DNA of 64,000 bases from Bacteroidota bacterium (GCA_025963485.1 JAOQAO010000194.1:27890-91889), one strand, 5' to 3'. Counted from the stretch's first letter, positions 1 through 9,827 are shown. Notes: generated by a model not told the origin, from the sequence alone. Made by a program: numbers and translations.

Positions 1-85
1 CTGGCATCAATCTATTCAGGTAGGCAACCTCTATCTAATAATAACAATGCTTCAGTAGTAAAGAAAAGAGAATGCTTTGAGTTAT

Positions 86-270
86 TTGCAATGTATTTAA
101 GCCTCCTTCAGGAGGTTTGGAGGTCGAAGCAGAAGCAATAATACCGCCATTTTATACGTTAAAATACTAGAATGAAACAGCCCTGCCCTCTCAGGGGATT
201 TAGGGGCGACACAGCAGCAGTGATAGTATGCCGATAAGTTGAAATGATATTCCGGTTTTGATATAAAAGT
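86..270. repeat. Two tandem units of an unclassified structured intergenic repeat; a third copy lies at 57174..57369
   Basis: The left flank TTGCAATGTATTTAAG (86-101) is identical to 57238-57253. Hairpins CCTCC-TTCA-GGAGG (102-115) and CCCT-CTC-AGGG (186-196) are each followed by TTT and a repeat of their own 3' arm, then (T/G)CGA. An AGAAGCAAT-like box and GTTAAAAT (158-165) or GTTGAAAT (238-245) follow. Confidence 0.6.
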
Positions 271-320
271 ATTCTGTAAGTAATCCACTATCTTCACAAC
301 TATACATTACAAACAGTTCT

Positions 321-830
321 GTGAAGCATACCCTTATCTGTTGTGCATTTTTCTCCATGGTGTCGCTATCGCTGATAGAGTGTAGCAAGACTGCGCCAAA
401 ACCGGAAGAGACAGATGCGGGTATCTTCGCTAAATCCGTGACGAAAGAAGGCTTTACCTATTACAAGAGCGACAGCACTATTCACCGTTCATCACCGCAG
501 TCCGCGCATTCAGGTTTTTTTCGCGTACGGTTCAATCTCATCGCCTATGCCGCACTCACTGACAATGGCAAGCTGCCTGCAGGTGGTTCATTCCCTGTGC
601 ACTCGCTGGTGGTGAAAGAACTGCATGACGACAGCACCGGAAACAACCCGCACGGATATGCCATCATGGAGAAACTACCCGATGACACCAGCGCCGCCGG
701 TGGCTGGGTCTGGGCTGAGTACGGACTCACCGGCACAGGCTACACGATCAATAATAAAGGTGCCATCTGCACCTCCTGCCACAGCACCAACTCTCGTGAC
801 AAGGTTAGGGTATTTGATCTGTTTCCGTAA
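321..830 (+). CDS. Cytochrome P460-like haem lipoprotein
   Basis: 169-aa ORF with a GTG start, a signal peptide and a Cys (SLIEC). It has a single C-terminal CxxCH motif (CTSCH) preceded by GYAIMEKL...GGWVWAEY, which matches the P460-family layout. Confidence 0.65.
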   Translation: MKHTLICCAFFSMVSLSLIECSKTAPKPEETDAGIFAKSVTKEGFTYYKSDSTIHRSSPQSAHSGFFRVRFNLIAYAALTDNGKLPAGGSFPVHSLVVKELHDDSTGNNPHGYAIMEKLPDDTSAAGGWVWAEYGLTGTGYTINNKGAICTSCHSTNSRDKVRVFDLFP

Positions 831-877
831 TGAAGGTGTGTATTAATCTAGCATCCAGCAACTAGCATCCAGTATGT

Positions 878-1921
878 TCACTCTGTTCCGATCCTGCTCA
901 GCCTGATGCACTGATGCGTCACCATCGTGTCACCCAGGTCATCCCAGATCAGGTTAGGTATTTTATCCTTGTGTATCGCGCCACTCGTGATGAGGCTATC
1001 GAGAAATAGCGGCAACTGTGCATTGGCTTTCACAGCACTCTTGCGTATCGTAGTAGGAGAGTTAGGATCGAAGGCTCCGCGTACCGCCTGTGCATCATGC
1101 TGCGTGATCTGCCATGCCAGCTGATAGAGCTCATCGCCATTGCCCTTGTAGGCTGCGAAGCGCTGCAGCTGATGCTCGCGCAGATCAGGATAGTGATTGT
1201 CATTGCTCCAGCCACCCGTCATTTGTATCGTATTCCCCGCGAACCAACCCTTAGCCCGGTTCTCCGCAGTGCTCTCCACGCCATGCAGGATCAGCAGCAC
1301 CTTGCCCTTGCTGCCATCGCCGAGTATAGGCTTCAGCGCGCGGTTGATAAATAGTTTTTTCTTGTCGCGCATCTCCGGCTCCCTGTATATCCTGTCGCCG
1401 AGTGTTTCATTTAGCAATGCGAGGAATGCCGTATCGGTAGGAGAGGAGTTGCAGAAATGCGATAGCTCAAAGATCACCAGCTCAGAGTGCGCATCGAGAA
1501 ATGCCCGCGTATCACGCAGGATATTCTTCATCATATCGCCTTTGCAGCCGAGGCCATTGCATCGCGTAGAGTGCTCCGTATAGAACTCACCCTGGTAGTA
1601 TACAGGCCGAAGGTCATAGATGCGCAGCCCCGCTTCGAGTTGGTTCTTCATGGTCAGGTACTGTGTCTGCGTATTGCCGTGATTGGTAAAGGCAGTACAA
1701 TGTTGTGCGATATACATCGCCGCATCATGAGAACCGGGCAGGCAGATGTCGGACAGCGATGCATCAGGACGGGCCATAATGATGTCGTGCATCCAGTCGC
1801 AGGTATTAGGCGCTGCTGCACAAAAGGCAGTATTATTATTAACCACATCATAGTGCGGTGCCTTGCAGTCCTGTAGGAAGATACCTAATGTTATGAGGAT
1901 GAGGAAAGACTTAATGCCCAC
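878..1921 (-). CDS. Phosphatidylinositol-specific phospholipase C X-domain-like secreted protein
   Basis: 347-aa ORF with a signal peptide. The motif LPGSHDA, followed by a RIYDLR-type segment, resembles the PI-PLC X-domain catalytic region. Confidence 0.55.
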   Translation of the reverse strand: MGIKSFLILITLGIFLQDCKAPHYDVVNNNTAFCAAAPNTCDWMHDIIMARPDASLSDICLPGSHDAAMYIAQHCTAFTNHGNTQTQYLTMKNQLEAGLRIYDLRPVYYQGEFYTEHSTRCNGLGCKGDMMKNILRDTRAFLDAHSELVIFELSHFCNSSPTDTAFLALLNETLGDRIYREPEMRDKKKLFINRALKPILGDGSKGKVLLILHGVESTAENRAKGWFAGNTIQMTGGWSNDNHYPDLREHQLQRFAAYKGNGDELYQLAWQITQHDAQAVRGAFDPNSPTTIRKSAVKANAQLPLFLDSLITSGAIHKDKIPNLIWDDLGDTMVTHQCIRLSRIGTE

Positions 1922-1974
1922 TGGGGTATTTTTAGGTAGGCAATATTACATTATCTTTGACTCAAAATCATGCA

Positions 1975-2238
1975 ATGAAAACACTTGCTGTCACCGTCGC
2001 TAATAAGAAACAAGAACTTTTGTTCACCCATCTGGCTAATGAGCTCGGTATAGAGATAACTGAAGCTAAGTTCAAACCACTAAGCACTAAAGATGTAGCG
2101 TTGGGGATAGGAAGAAAGTTTACCGAAGATGAATTAAGAGAGTATACACTAAGAACGGCAGGTGGCAAAGCGAAGCCTGCTTCAAAGGTAAAGGCAGATA
2201 TAAAGCAACGAATTGCTAAACGGATAGCCGCCAAATGA
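1975..2238 (+). CDS. Putative antitoxin (small Lys-rich protein upstream of a ParE-like toxin)
   Basis: The ORF frame is open from 1957 (TTG), and the first in-frame ATG is at 1975. Its stop overlaps the next gene's start (ATGA at 2235-2238). Confidence 0.4.
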   Translation: MKTLAVTVANKKQELLFTHLANELGIEITEAKFKPLSTKDVALGIGRKFTEDELREYTLRTAGGKAKPASKVKADIKQRIAKRIAAK

Positions 2239-2519
2239 AACTGACTTTAAAGCCTGAAGCTGAAAACGCGCTGCTGGAGATCGGTTTATGGGTGGAGGGT
2301 CGAAATACACCCGGTAGTGGTTCTCGTTTTATTGATAAACTTATTGATAAGATCGCGGGCTATGCACTCCCGCGCGTCAAGTATCCCGTATGCGGGAATA
2401 CTATATTAGCTGAGCTTCTCCTCTCATGTATATCTATTGATAATTGGGTTGTTGCCTTTCACCAAACTAATGATGAGTTAATTGTTCATTACATAATTTA
2501 TGGTCCGGGTCTACGATAG
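2235..2519 (+). CDS. RelE/ParE-family type II toxin-like protein
   Basis: 94 aa. The size, the 4-bp overlap with the upstream small gene and the C-terminal pattern ...WVVAFHQTNDELIVHYIIYG are typical of ParE/RelE-fold toxins. Confidence 0.5.
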   Translation: MKLTLKPEAENALLEIGLWVEGRNTPGSGSRFIDKLIDKIAGYALPRVKYPVCGNTILAELLLSCISIDNWVVAFHQTNDELIVHYIIYGPGLR

Positions 2520-2626
2520 ATGTGTTTCGTTCAGTTGGTGCCTTTGTATTTCCTTATATCCTTTGCGTCTTTGCGGAGATGTATTTGCCTCTTTGCCGCT
2601 TTCCGGGAAATCCTTTTCTTTGATAT

Positions 2627-3634
2627 ATGTCAAACTACAAAGCACTCGAAGAACTCGTCAATATCGACTCCCCCACCGGCTACACAGCCAAAGCCGGTAA
2701 ATATATCTATGACTATCTTGTAGCTCTCGGCTACAAACCCGAATACACCAATAAAGGCGCTGTCCGCTGTGCACTCGGAGACAAGCCGACCCTCGCCATC
2801 GCTGCGCACGTCGATACACTCGGCGCTATCGTATCGGGTATCAAAGTGGACGGCACACTCCACTTCAGCCCGCTGGGCGGTCTGCTGCTCACCAGTGCAG
2901 AGGGAGAGTATGTGAATATCATCACACTTAGCGGCCAGGTCTATACCGGTACGCTTCTATTCGACGATCCATCAGCTCATGCCAATCACAAGCGCGAAAC
3001 CGAGAAGCGCAGCCTCGATAATATGCATATCCGTATTGACGAAGAGGTCTACACCAAAGAGGACGTCGCCAAACTCAGCATACAGATCGGCGACATTATC
3101 GCATTCGAGCCACGCTATCGCGAATACGCCAATGGTTTTATCAAGTCACGCTTTATGGACAATAAAGCGGGCTGCTTCGTCCTCTTTGAGATCGCGAGGT
3201 ACTGCAAGGAGAAAGGCATCGCGCCACCGGTAGAGCTTTTCTTCTCCAACTATGAAGAGGTCGGCCACGGCGGCACCGTAGGCTATAGCGACACCATCAG
3301 TGAGCTCCTCGTCATCGACATGGGCGTCCTCGGCGAGGCCTGCGAAGGCACCGAGGTCCGCTGCTCCATATGCGCCAAGGACTCCTCCGGCCCATATGAC
3401 TATGAGTTTAGAAAGAAGCTCGTCGCACTAGCCGATGTCAATAAGATCCCGTACGCTATTGACGTCTATCCATACTACGGCAGTGATGGCAGCGCTGCAC
3501 TCCGCGCCGGCAAAGACTATAAGGTGGCTCTCATCGGCCCCGGTGTCGCCGCCTCCCACGGCGTCGAGCGCACACACAAGAAAGGTATACAGGCTACGAT
3601 AGATCTCTGCCTGAGGTATATGGAAGGCAAATAG
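2627..3634 (+). CDS. M42-family metallo-aminopeptidase (FrvX / glutamyl aminopeptidase-like)
   Basis: 335 aa. Metal-ligand motifs appear in the M42 order: AAHVDTLG, FMDNKAGC, NYEEVGHGG, VIDMG, ASHGVERTH. Confidence 0.8.
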   Translation: MSNYKALEELVNIDSPTGYTAKAGKYIYDYLVALGYKPEYTNKGAVRCALGDKPTLAIAAHVDTLGAIVSGIKVDGTLHFSPLGGLLLTSAEGEYVNIITLSGQVYTGTLLFDDPSAHANHKRETEKRSLDNMHIRIDEEVYTKEDVAKLSIQIGDIIAFEPRYREYANGFIKSRFMDNKAGCFVLFEIARYCKEKGIAPPVELFFSNYEEVGHGGTVGYSDTISELLVIDMGVLGEACEGTEVRCSICAKDSSGPYDYEFRKKLVALADVNKIPYAIDVYPYYGSDGSAALRAGKDYKVALIGPGVAASHGVERTHKKGIQATIDLCLRYMEGK

Positions 3635-3961
3635 CAATCGTTACATTAGTACCATAAGCCAGATCATAACGCTGACAGCCTGATGCATATATATTGCCGG
3701 GGACCTGTGTTCAGTTTTGACTTTTCAGTTTCTATTTTTCTCTCTTTTCTTGACCAGATTCATACCGGGATATGATTTTTATCAGTTTTGCCAGTCAGGG
3801 CTGCATTTACTTTTGTTACGGATGGTTACTTGTATGTATGGTAAAATAACAATATCTTAATTGTATTGATAAACATAGTTTTACTTATCGCGTAAGCGAA
3901 TATTATTATAACCATGTTATTTTTTCAGTGAAATGATAACTGAATTATACCCGTATCCTAT

Positions 3962-6900
3962 ATGCTGAATAAACTTTTAGAGAGACAAGCCAAAAAATAC
4001 CTTGGAGCGACTGATGATCTGCCAGATCAGTACAAGGCCTTTTTACAGGTCATCAGCGACTCCTATGAGCATTATGAGAATGACAGGAAGCTGCTCGAAC
4101 GCTCCAGCGACCTCAGCTCCAAGGAGATGCTCCATCTCAATGGCCAGCTCCGCAAAGAAGCCGATGAGGTCAAAAAGACCCATGGTGAACTCAATAGGAT
4201 ACTCAATAATATCAATGAGGCATTCTTCTCGATGGATATGACCACCGGTCGCTATGTATTCATATCACCAGCCTGCGAGAAGATCTATGGATATACTATA
4301 GAGGAGTTTATCGCAGATCCACTGCTACGGAGGCGACTGATCCATCCCGATGATATGCATCTGATCGCAAATAGCGAGGAGATACTGTCGCGTGGAGAGA
4401 TCGTAAATCTAGAGTACAGGATCATACACAAAGACAAAAGCATCCGATGGGTAAATGTAAAAGGGATACCTACTCTCCAATCCGGCAGGCTGATCTGCAA
4501 GGATGCGGTGGTCAATGATATCACAACCAGGAAAAATGCACAGCTGGAGCTCGAGAAGGCCAATAGAGATCTCAGCATGCTTTTCAATAATATCGATGAC
4601 GTCGTATATTCTGTCGACATGGTCTCCTATCAGCTGATACATATGTCTCCGGCATGCGAGGCGATATATGGATACAAGCCTGCGGATTTCTATGCCAATG
4701 GCGACCTTTGGAATCAGGTCATGCACCCCGACGACAGGTACCTGCTGGAAGATCACAACGCCCGGCTCAATAGCGGCCTGCAGGTCAAAAATCAGTACCG
4801 CATCATACACAAGGACGGATACATCCGCTGGATAGAAAATTCTGTGACACCCACTATGAACAATGAAGGCCACCTTGTCCGTCTGGATGGTGTCACACGG
4901 GATATCACAGGTCGCAAGCATGTAGAAATAGATCTCCGCGAAAGCCAGTTGCAGATACAGACCATATTCAATGCGTCATTAGACGCCATTGTTATTATCG
5001 ACGATAAGGGAAAGATCGTCAAGTGGGATGATAAATCTGTAGCACTTTTTGGCTGGGAAGAAGATGAAGTACTTGGGACTCTTTTGAGTGAAGTTGTTAT
5101 TCCCGAGCGGTTTCGCGAGATGCACGAGCGCGGTATGAAGCACTTTATGAGATCGGGTGATGGGCCCATACTGGGCAAGACGCTTGAGGTCCGCGCACTT
5201 AGTAAGCACAGAGGGGAATTTGATATTTCATTGAGCGTTTCACCTTCATTGGTCAAAGATAAATATCAGTTCATCGGATTTGTCCGCGATATCACCGAGC
5301 GGAAAGTAGCGGAAGAGTCCCTGCGCCAGAGCGAGCGCAATTTCCGGGAATTATTTGAGTCGGCTCCCGAGGCCATCGTGATACTGGACCTCGAGACAGG
5401 ATTGCTTACGGATTGCAATGCCAATGCGACGAAGATGTTCGGGTATTCGCGCGAAGAGCTGGCGGCAAAAACACCCGGAGATATCAGTCCCCCGGTCCAG
5501 CCCGATGGCCGTGATTCAACCTCTGCTGCGATGGAGCAGGTTGGTATTGCCATGACCGGTGCCAAAGTCTGTTTTGAATGGGCGCATTGCAATGCGGAGG
5601 GTGCGTCCTTCCCCTGCGAGGTGCACCTGACGAGGCTTTCCATCCCGGGGCGCTCACTCATGCGCGGCAGTGTGGTAGACATCAGCGATAGGAAGTCGGC
5701 CGAGCAAAATTTAGAAAAGGCCCATCAGGAATTGAATACCCTGTTTAATACCATCGATGAAGTGATATACTCCGTCGATGTCATGAGCGGCAAAATTACA
5801 CATATGTCACCGGCCTGTGAAAAGGTCTATGGCTACAAACCCATTGATTTCTGCGGAGATATCAACCTTTGGTATATGGTCACCCATCCTGACGACCTGG
5901 AGAGGGTCAGCGGCCACTATGCCTCATTGATGATGGGTGAGCATATTATCGGTCAGTGTCGCATTGCACACAAGAGCGGTACTATGCGCTGGGTGGAGTA
6001 CAATATGGTGCCTACGCTCAATGAAGAGGGACTGCTGATCAGGATAGATGGTGTCACCAGGGATATCACTGACAAAAAAATAGCCGAACAAAATCTGGAA
6101 AAGGCCCATCAGGAATTGAATAACCTGTTCAATACAATCGAGGAGGTAATATACTCTATAGATATGGCAAACGGCAGCGTCATACGCATATCCCCGGCGT
6201 GCGAGAAGGTCTATGGGTACAAGCCTGAAGATTTTTATGCCGATATCACCCTGTGGTACCAGATGACTCATCCCGATGATATGGATAGCGTCATGGCGCT
6301 TACTCCCCGCCTGGCGGCAGGTGAGCATATATTGGGCCAATGCCGTATAATAAATAAAAACAAAGACCTCCGGTGGATAGAGTACAATCTGATACCTACA
6401 CTTGACGCCAGTGGTGTACCGGTCAGGGTAGACGGGGTAACAAGAGATATCACAGACAAAAGGCTGGCCGAAGAAAAGCTCGGAAAAGCCAGTCTGGAAT
6501 TAAGCAACCTTTTCAATAGTATCGGTGAAGTATTGTACTCCCTGGATCTGGTCAATTTCAAATTCCTGCAAATGTCGCCCGCCTGTGAAAAGATATTTGG
6601 CTATCCACCTGCAGCATTTTATGCCAATCCCGGCCTATGGAGAGAACTGATCCATCCGGACGACTCCGCTTTTATTGGAAATAACCAGCCGCTTCTCGAG
6701 ATCGGGAAAATAGTACACAGCCAATACCGTATCAGGCATAAGGACCAAAGCTGGCGCTGGATAGAAAGTACCGTGACACCCACGCTTGATCAAAATGGAG
6801 CCCTCATCCGCATAGATGGAGTAGCCACTGATATCAATGACAGGAAAATAGCCGAGGAACTGTTAAAGCAAAGTGAGGAAGGTTACAGGTTGATCTGCTC

Positions 6901-8365
6901 CAACCCTATGCTCGGTGTCAGCTGGTCTGGGCCTGATGGTATACTATTTAAGACCAATGAGGCATTTGCAGATATGCTCGGGTATAGCCTCGATGAGATG
7001 ATAGGCATGCACTTTTCCAAGTTTACCCATCCTGAAGATTATGAGAGGGACAAGCCACTTATCCGCCAATTATTTCTCGGTGGTATCAGCAACTTCCGCT
7101 GTGAGAAAAGGTACATCACCAAAACCGGGAATATACTATGGGGAGAGCTCAATCTCAATTCGATAAAGGACCAGCATGGTACAGTACAATATAGTATAGG
7201 GATCATACAGGATATCTCAGCGCGCAAACAGGCCGAAGAAGAGATACGTAAGTCCGAAGCCAATCTCCGTGCTGTTTTTGAGAATACGGATACAGGATAT
7301 TTGCTGCTGGACCCCACACTGCATATTGTGTCATTTAACCAGCGCATACAGCAGTTCGCTCAAAAGGACCTTCATGTAAAATTTGAGGAAGGCAATTGCA
7401 TCATAGACTATTTCCTCGCGGAGAGAGGTCCCATACTGCGTGGTATGATGGGAAAAGCACTGACCGGCCAGGACATATACTATGAGATCAAATACCCCAA
7501 TCCCGGCCTGATGCCGACATGGTATCATATCCGGATGCTGGCGGTCAGGGAGGGTGAGCAGATCATAGGGCTGACCATGTCTCTCACAGATATCAGCGAT
7601 CAGAAAAACAATGAGGAAAATATAAAAGCGATCAATGAATCGCTCGAAAAGAAAGTCAAAGAACGCACTGCGCAACTCGAGTCTTCAAATAATGAGCTCG
7701 AAGCCTTCAGTTACTCTGTATCACATGACCTGCGCGCCCCGCTGCGTATTATCAATGGCTATGGCCAGCTACTGATAGATGATTGCGAGGGTAAGCTTAA
7801 CGAAGAGGACAAAGACAATCTGCAGGTCATTATGTCGACCACCGACCAGATGGGCCACCTCATAGATGATCTGCTCAATTTCTCCCGCCTGGGGCGTGCT
7901 TCGGTCGACAAGAAGCGTATCAATATGACTCAGATGGCAAATAGCGTTATCGACGAATTCAAAACAGGAAATATATCTACTCCGGTCATCATGCTGCATG
8001 ATCTGCCGCCTGCAGACTGCGACCCCAACCTCACTAAGCAGGTCTGGATAAACCTGCTCTCCAATGCTATAAAATACTCCGCCAAAAGCAAAGATCCCCG
8101 TATCGAGGTGGGATCAAAACTGCTCAACGGATCCATCACCTATTATGTCAAAGACAACGGTGCGGGTTTTGATATGCAGTATGCCGATAAATTATTCGGT
8201 GTATTCCAGCGACTACATGACGGCTCGGACTATGAGGGCACCGGTGTAGGCCTTGCGCTGACGCATCGCATTGTGACCAGGCAGGGCGGGCAGATATGGG
8301 CTGAGGCCAAAGTGAATGAAGGTGCTACATTTTATTTTTCATTTCCCTGTATAATTTCAAATTAA
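3962..8365 (+). CDS. Multi-PAS sensor histidine kinase (about nine to ten PAS/PAC modules, HisKA and HATPase_c)
   Basis: 1467 aa. PAS/PAC modules repeat and end in DITxRK. The H-box is SYSVSHDLRAPLR. N/G boxes (LLSNAIKYS, DNGAGFD, GTGVGLAL) sit at the C-terminus. Confidence 0.9.
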   Translation: MLNKLLERQAKKYLGATDDLPDQYKAFLQVISDSYEHYENDRKLLERSSDLSSKEMLHLNGQLRKEADEVKKTHGELNRILNNINEAFFSMDMTTGRYVFISPACEKIYGYTIEEFIADPLLRRRLIHPDDMHLIANSEEILSRGEIVNLEYRIIHKDKSIRWVNVKGIPTLQSGRLICKDAVVNDITTRKNAQLELEKANRDLSMLFNNIDDVVYSVDMVSYQLIHMSPACEAIYGYKPADFYANGDLWNQVMHPDDRYLLEDHNARLNSGLQVKNQYRIIHKDGYIRWIENSVTPTMNNEGHLVRLDGVTRDITGRKHVEIDLRESQLQIQTIFNASLDAIVIIDDKGKIVKWDDKSVALFGWEEDEVLGTLLSEVVIPERFREMHERGMKHFMRSGDGPILGKTLEVRALSKHRGEFDISLSVSPSLVKDKYQFIGFVRDITERKVAEESLRQSERNFRELFESAPEAIVILDLETGLLTDCNANATKMFGYSREELAAKTPGDISPPVQPDGRDSTSAAMEQVGIAMTGAKVCFEWAHCNAEGASFPCEVHLTRLSIPGRSLMRGSVVDISDRKSAEQNLEKAHQELNTLFNTIDEVIYSVDVMSGKITHMSPACEKVYGYKPIDFCGDINLWYMVTHPDDLERVSGHYASLMMGEHIIGQCRIAHKSGTMRWVEYNMVPTLNEEGLLIRIDGVTRDITDKKIAEQNLEKAHQELNNLFNTIEEVIYSIDMANGSVIRISPACEKVYGYKPEDFYADITLWYQMTHPDDMDSVMALTPRLAAGEHILGQCRIINKNKDLRWIEYNLIPTLDASGVPVRVDGVTRDITDKRLAEEKLGKASLELSNLFNSIGEVLYSLDLVNFKFLQMSPACEKIFGYPPAAFYANPGLWRELIHPDDSAFIGNNQPLLEIGKIVHSQYRIRHKDQSWRWIESTVTPTLDQNGALIRIDGVATDINDRKIAEELLKQSEEGYRLICSNPMLGVSWSGPDGILFKTNEAFADMLGYSLDEMIGMHFSKFTHPEDYERDKPLIRQLFLGGISNFRCEKRYITKTGNILWGELNLNSIKDQHGTVQYSIGIIQDISARKQAEEEIRKSEANLRAVFENTDTGYLLLDPTLHIVSFNQRIQQFAQKDLHVKFEEGNCIIDYFLAERGPILRGMMGKALTGQDIYYEIKYPNPGLMPTWYHIRMLAVREGEQIIGLTMSLTDISDQKNNEENIKAINESLEKKVKERTAQLESSNNELEAFSYSVSHDLRAPLRIINGYGQLLIDDCEGKLNEEDKDNLQVIMSTTDQMGHLIDDLLNFSRLGRASVDKKRINMTQMANSVIDEFKTGNISTPVIMLHDLPPADCDPNLTKQVWINLLSNAIKYSAKSKDPRIEVGSKLLNGSITYYVKDNGAGFDMQYADKLFGVFQRLHDGSDYEGTGVGLALTHRIVTRQGGQIWAEAKVNEGATFYFSFPCIISN

Positions 8366-8824
8366 ATGCAAACTATGGATAATAGTAAGACAGATATACT
8401 GCTCGTAGAGGACAATCCATTTGAGGCCAAACTGGCTATCAGGGCTTTGACCAAACACAATCTTGCTGAGCGGCTTTTTCATGTGGCAGACGGAGCGGAG
8501 GCGCTTGATTTTATCTTTGCCCGGGAGAACTATGAATACAGGAGCTCCCGGAATTTTCCCAAGATCATACTGCTCGACCTGAAATTGCCAAAAATAAACG
8601 GCCTCGAAGTAGTGAAGCTCCTAAAGGAGAATGCGCTTACCAAGGCGATCCCCATCGTTATCCTGACCGCTTCCAATCAGGAGAAGGACATCAAGACAGG
8701 ATATGAGATGGGCGTCAATAGCTATATCGTAAAGCCGGTTGATTTCACCAGTTTTTCAAAAGTAGTGACAGACCTCGGATTGTATTGGACGCTTTTAAAT
8801 CAAACCATCGACTCTGTCGGATAA
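8366..8824 (+). CDS. Single-domain response regulator (CheY-like receiver)
   Basis: 152 aa, starting immediately after the kinase stop codon. Receiver motifs present: LLVEDNP, ILLDLKLP, ILTAS, IVKP. Confidence 0.9.
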   Translation: MQTMDNSKTDILLVEDNPFEAKLAIRALTKHNLAERLFHVADGAEALDFIFARENYEYRSSRNFPKIILLDLKLPKINGLEVVKLLKENALTKAIPIVILTASNQEKDIKTGYEMGVNSYIVKPVDFTSFSKVVTDLGLYWTLLNQTIDSVG

Positions 8825-8878
8825 TTGCTGCCCGATTAATATATCACGGTAGCGGTTATTTAAAGGCTACCTTGCAGG

Positions 8879-9106
8879 ATGAGAAAAAAAGAGAACCTTG
8901 CATTTCTGGTATCCGTGGGCAAAAACCTGCGGGTCATCCGGATTTCAAAGGGTTTCACACAAAGAGCCTTTGCTTTTAGTTGTGATATAGAGCCGGGGTC
9001 TCTCAATCGTATAGAGCATGGCAAAAGTAACACATCACTGTCACTGGTCAAAACCATGTGTGATGTATTAGGCATCAAGCCCGTATTATTATTTGAGATA
9101 CCATAG
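8879..9106 (+). CDS. XRE-family helix-turn-helix transcriptional regulator
   Basis: 75 aa. The stretch GFTQRAFAFSCDIEPGSLNRIEHGKSNTSLSLV matches the Cro/C1-type HTH pattern. Confidence 0.7.
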   Translation: MRKKENLAFLVSVGKNLRVIRISKGFTQRAFAFSCDIEPGSLNRIEHGKSNTSLSLVKTMCDVLGIKPVLLFEIP

Positions 9107-9257
9107 ATCAGTTTTGATCCAAAGTTTAGTTTTATCAGGTATATTATCATTGGTACGGATGACGATGCATCAGTAAAATATATAAATTTTTGAACCTAAA
9201 TATAGTTGTCCCTGTTGCTTAATTTTCATCAACTTAGCGGTTCAAACATTTACCCAA

Positions 9258-9827
9258 GTGAAACTTTATATCAGGAATATGGCCTGCGAAAGCTGCAAGG
9301 TTGTAGTGCGCGATACGCTCAGGAAATTTAAGCTCACTCCACTCAAAGTAGAATTGGGCGAGGCCGATGTCAAAGAGAAAATGTCTGCTGAGGTCAAGCG
9401 CCGGTTCAATAATGAGATAAAAAAGGTGGGCCTGGAGATAGTAGAGAGCAAAAATGGCATCGTCGTCGAGCAGATCAAAAAGTGCATCCTCGACTATGTG
9501 ACTGCCATCAGAAGGCCAACGGTCAATTTCTCTGATTATCTCAGCCAGGCGCTACACTACGATTACAATTACCTGTCCAACCTTTTTACGGAGGTCATGG
9601 CCATGACCATCGCCGGCTATATGACGGCAGTGCGCATGGAGCGGGCCAAGGAAATGATGCTTTTTGAAGAACTGACACTCTCACAGATAGCGCACAAGCT
9701 TCACTACAGTAATCTGTCGCATTTCTCTGCGCAGTTCAAAAAAGCTACCGGGTTCCCTCCCTCTCATTTCAAAGAGCTCAAGGACAAAAGAAGGAAGGCG
9801 ATACACGAATTGACTGACGGCAAATAA
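9258..9827 (+). CDS. AraC-family transcriptional regulator with an N-terminal CxxC (HMA-like) domain
   Basis: 189 aa with a GTG start. The N-terminus reads MKLYIRNMACESCKVVV. The C-terminus has an AraC HTH (LTLSQIAHKLHYSNLSHFSAQFKKATGFPPSHF). Confidence 0.75.
   Translation: MKLYIRNMACESCKVVVRDTLRKFKLTPLKVELGEADVKEKMSAEVKRRFNNEIKKVGLEIVESKNGIVVEQIKKCILDYVTAIRRPTVNFSDYLSQALHYDYNYLSNLFTEVMAMTIAGYMTAVRMERAKEMMLFEELTLSQIAHKLHYSNLSHFSAQFKKATGFPPSHFKELKDKRRKAIHELTDGK

Noticed and set aside
97-388. Minus-strand ORFs 97..297 (66 aa) and 200..388 (62 aa)
   Set aside because: Both overlap the structured intergenic repeat and the start of the P460-like gene. Their translations are low-complexity (LLLLL, CCC) with no motif, so I treat them as non-coding.
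865-877. The 11-mer GCATCCAGTAT, directly abutting the stop codon of the minus-strand gene here and again at 18915-18925 next to the stop of LRR paralog 2
   Set aside because: A chance match is unlikely, but with only two copies, no obvious structure and no shared context I cannot assign a function. The local tandem GCATCCAGCAACTAGCATCCAG suggests simple sequence slippage.
4285-7675. Numerous 100-170-aa minus-strand ORFs inside the giant PAS kinase gene
   Set aside because: They are antisense shadows of a long, well-supported plus-strand gene, with no motifs and odd composition.
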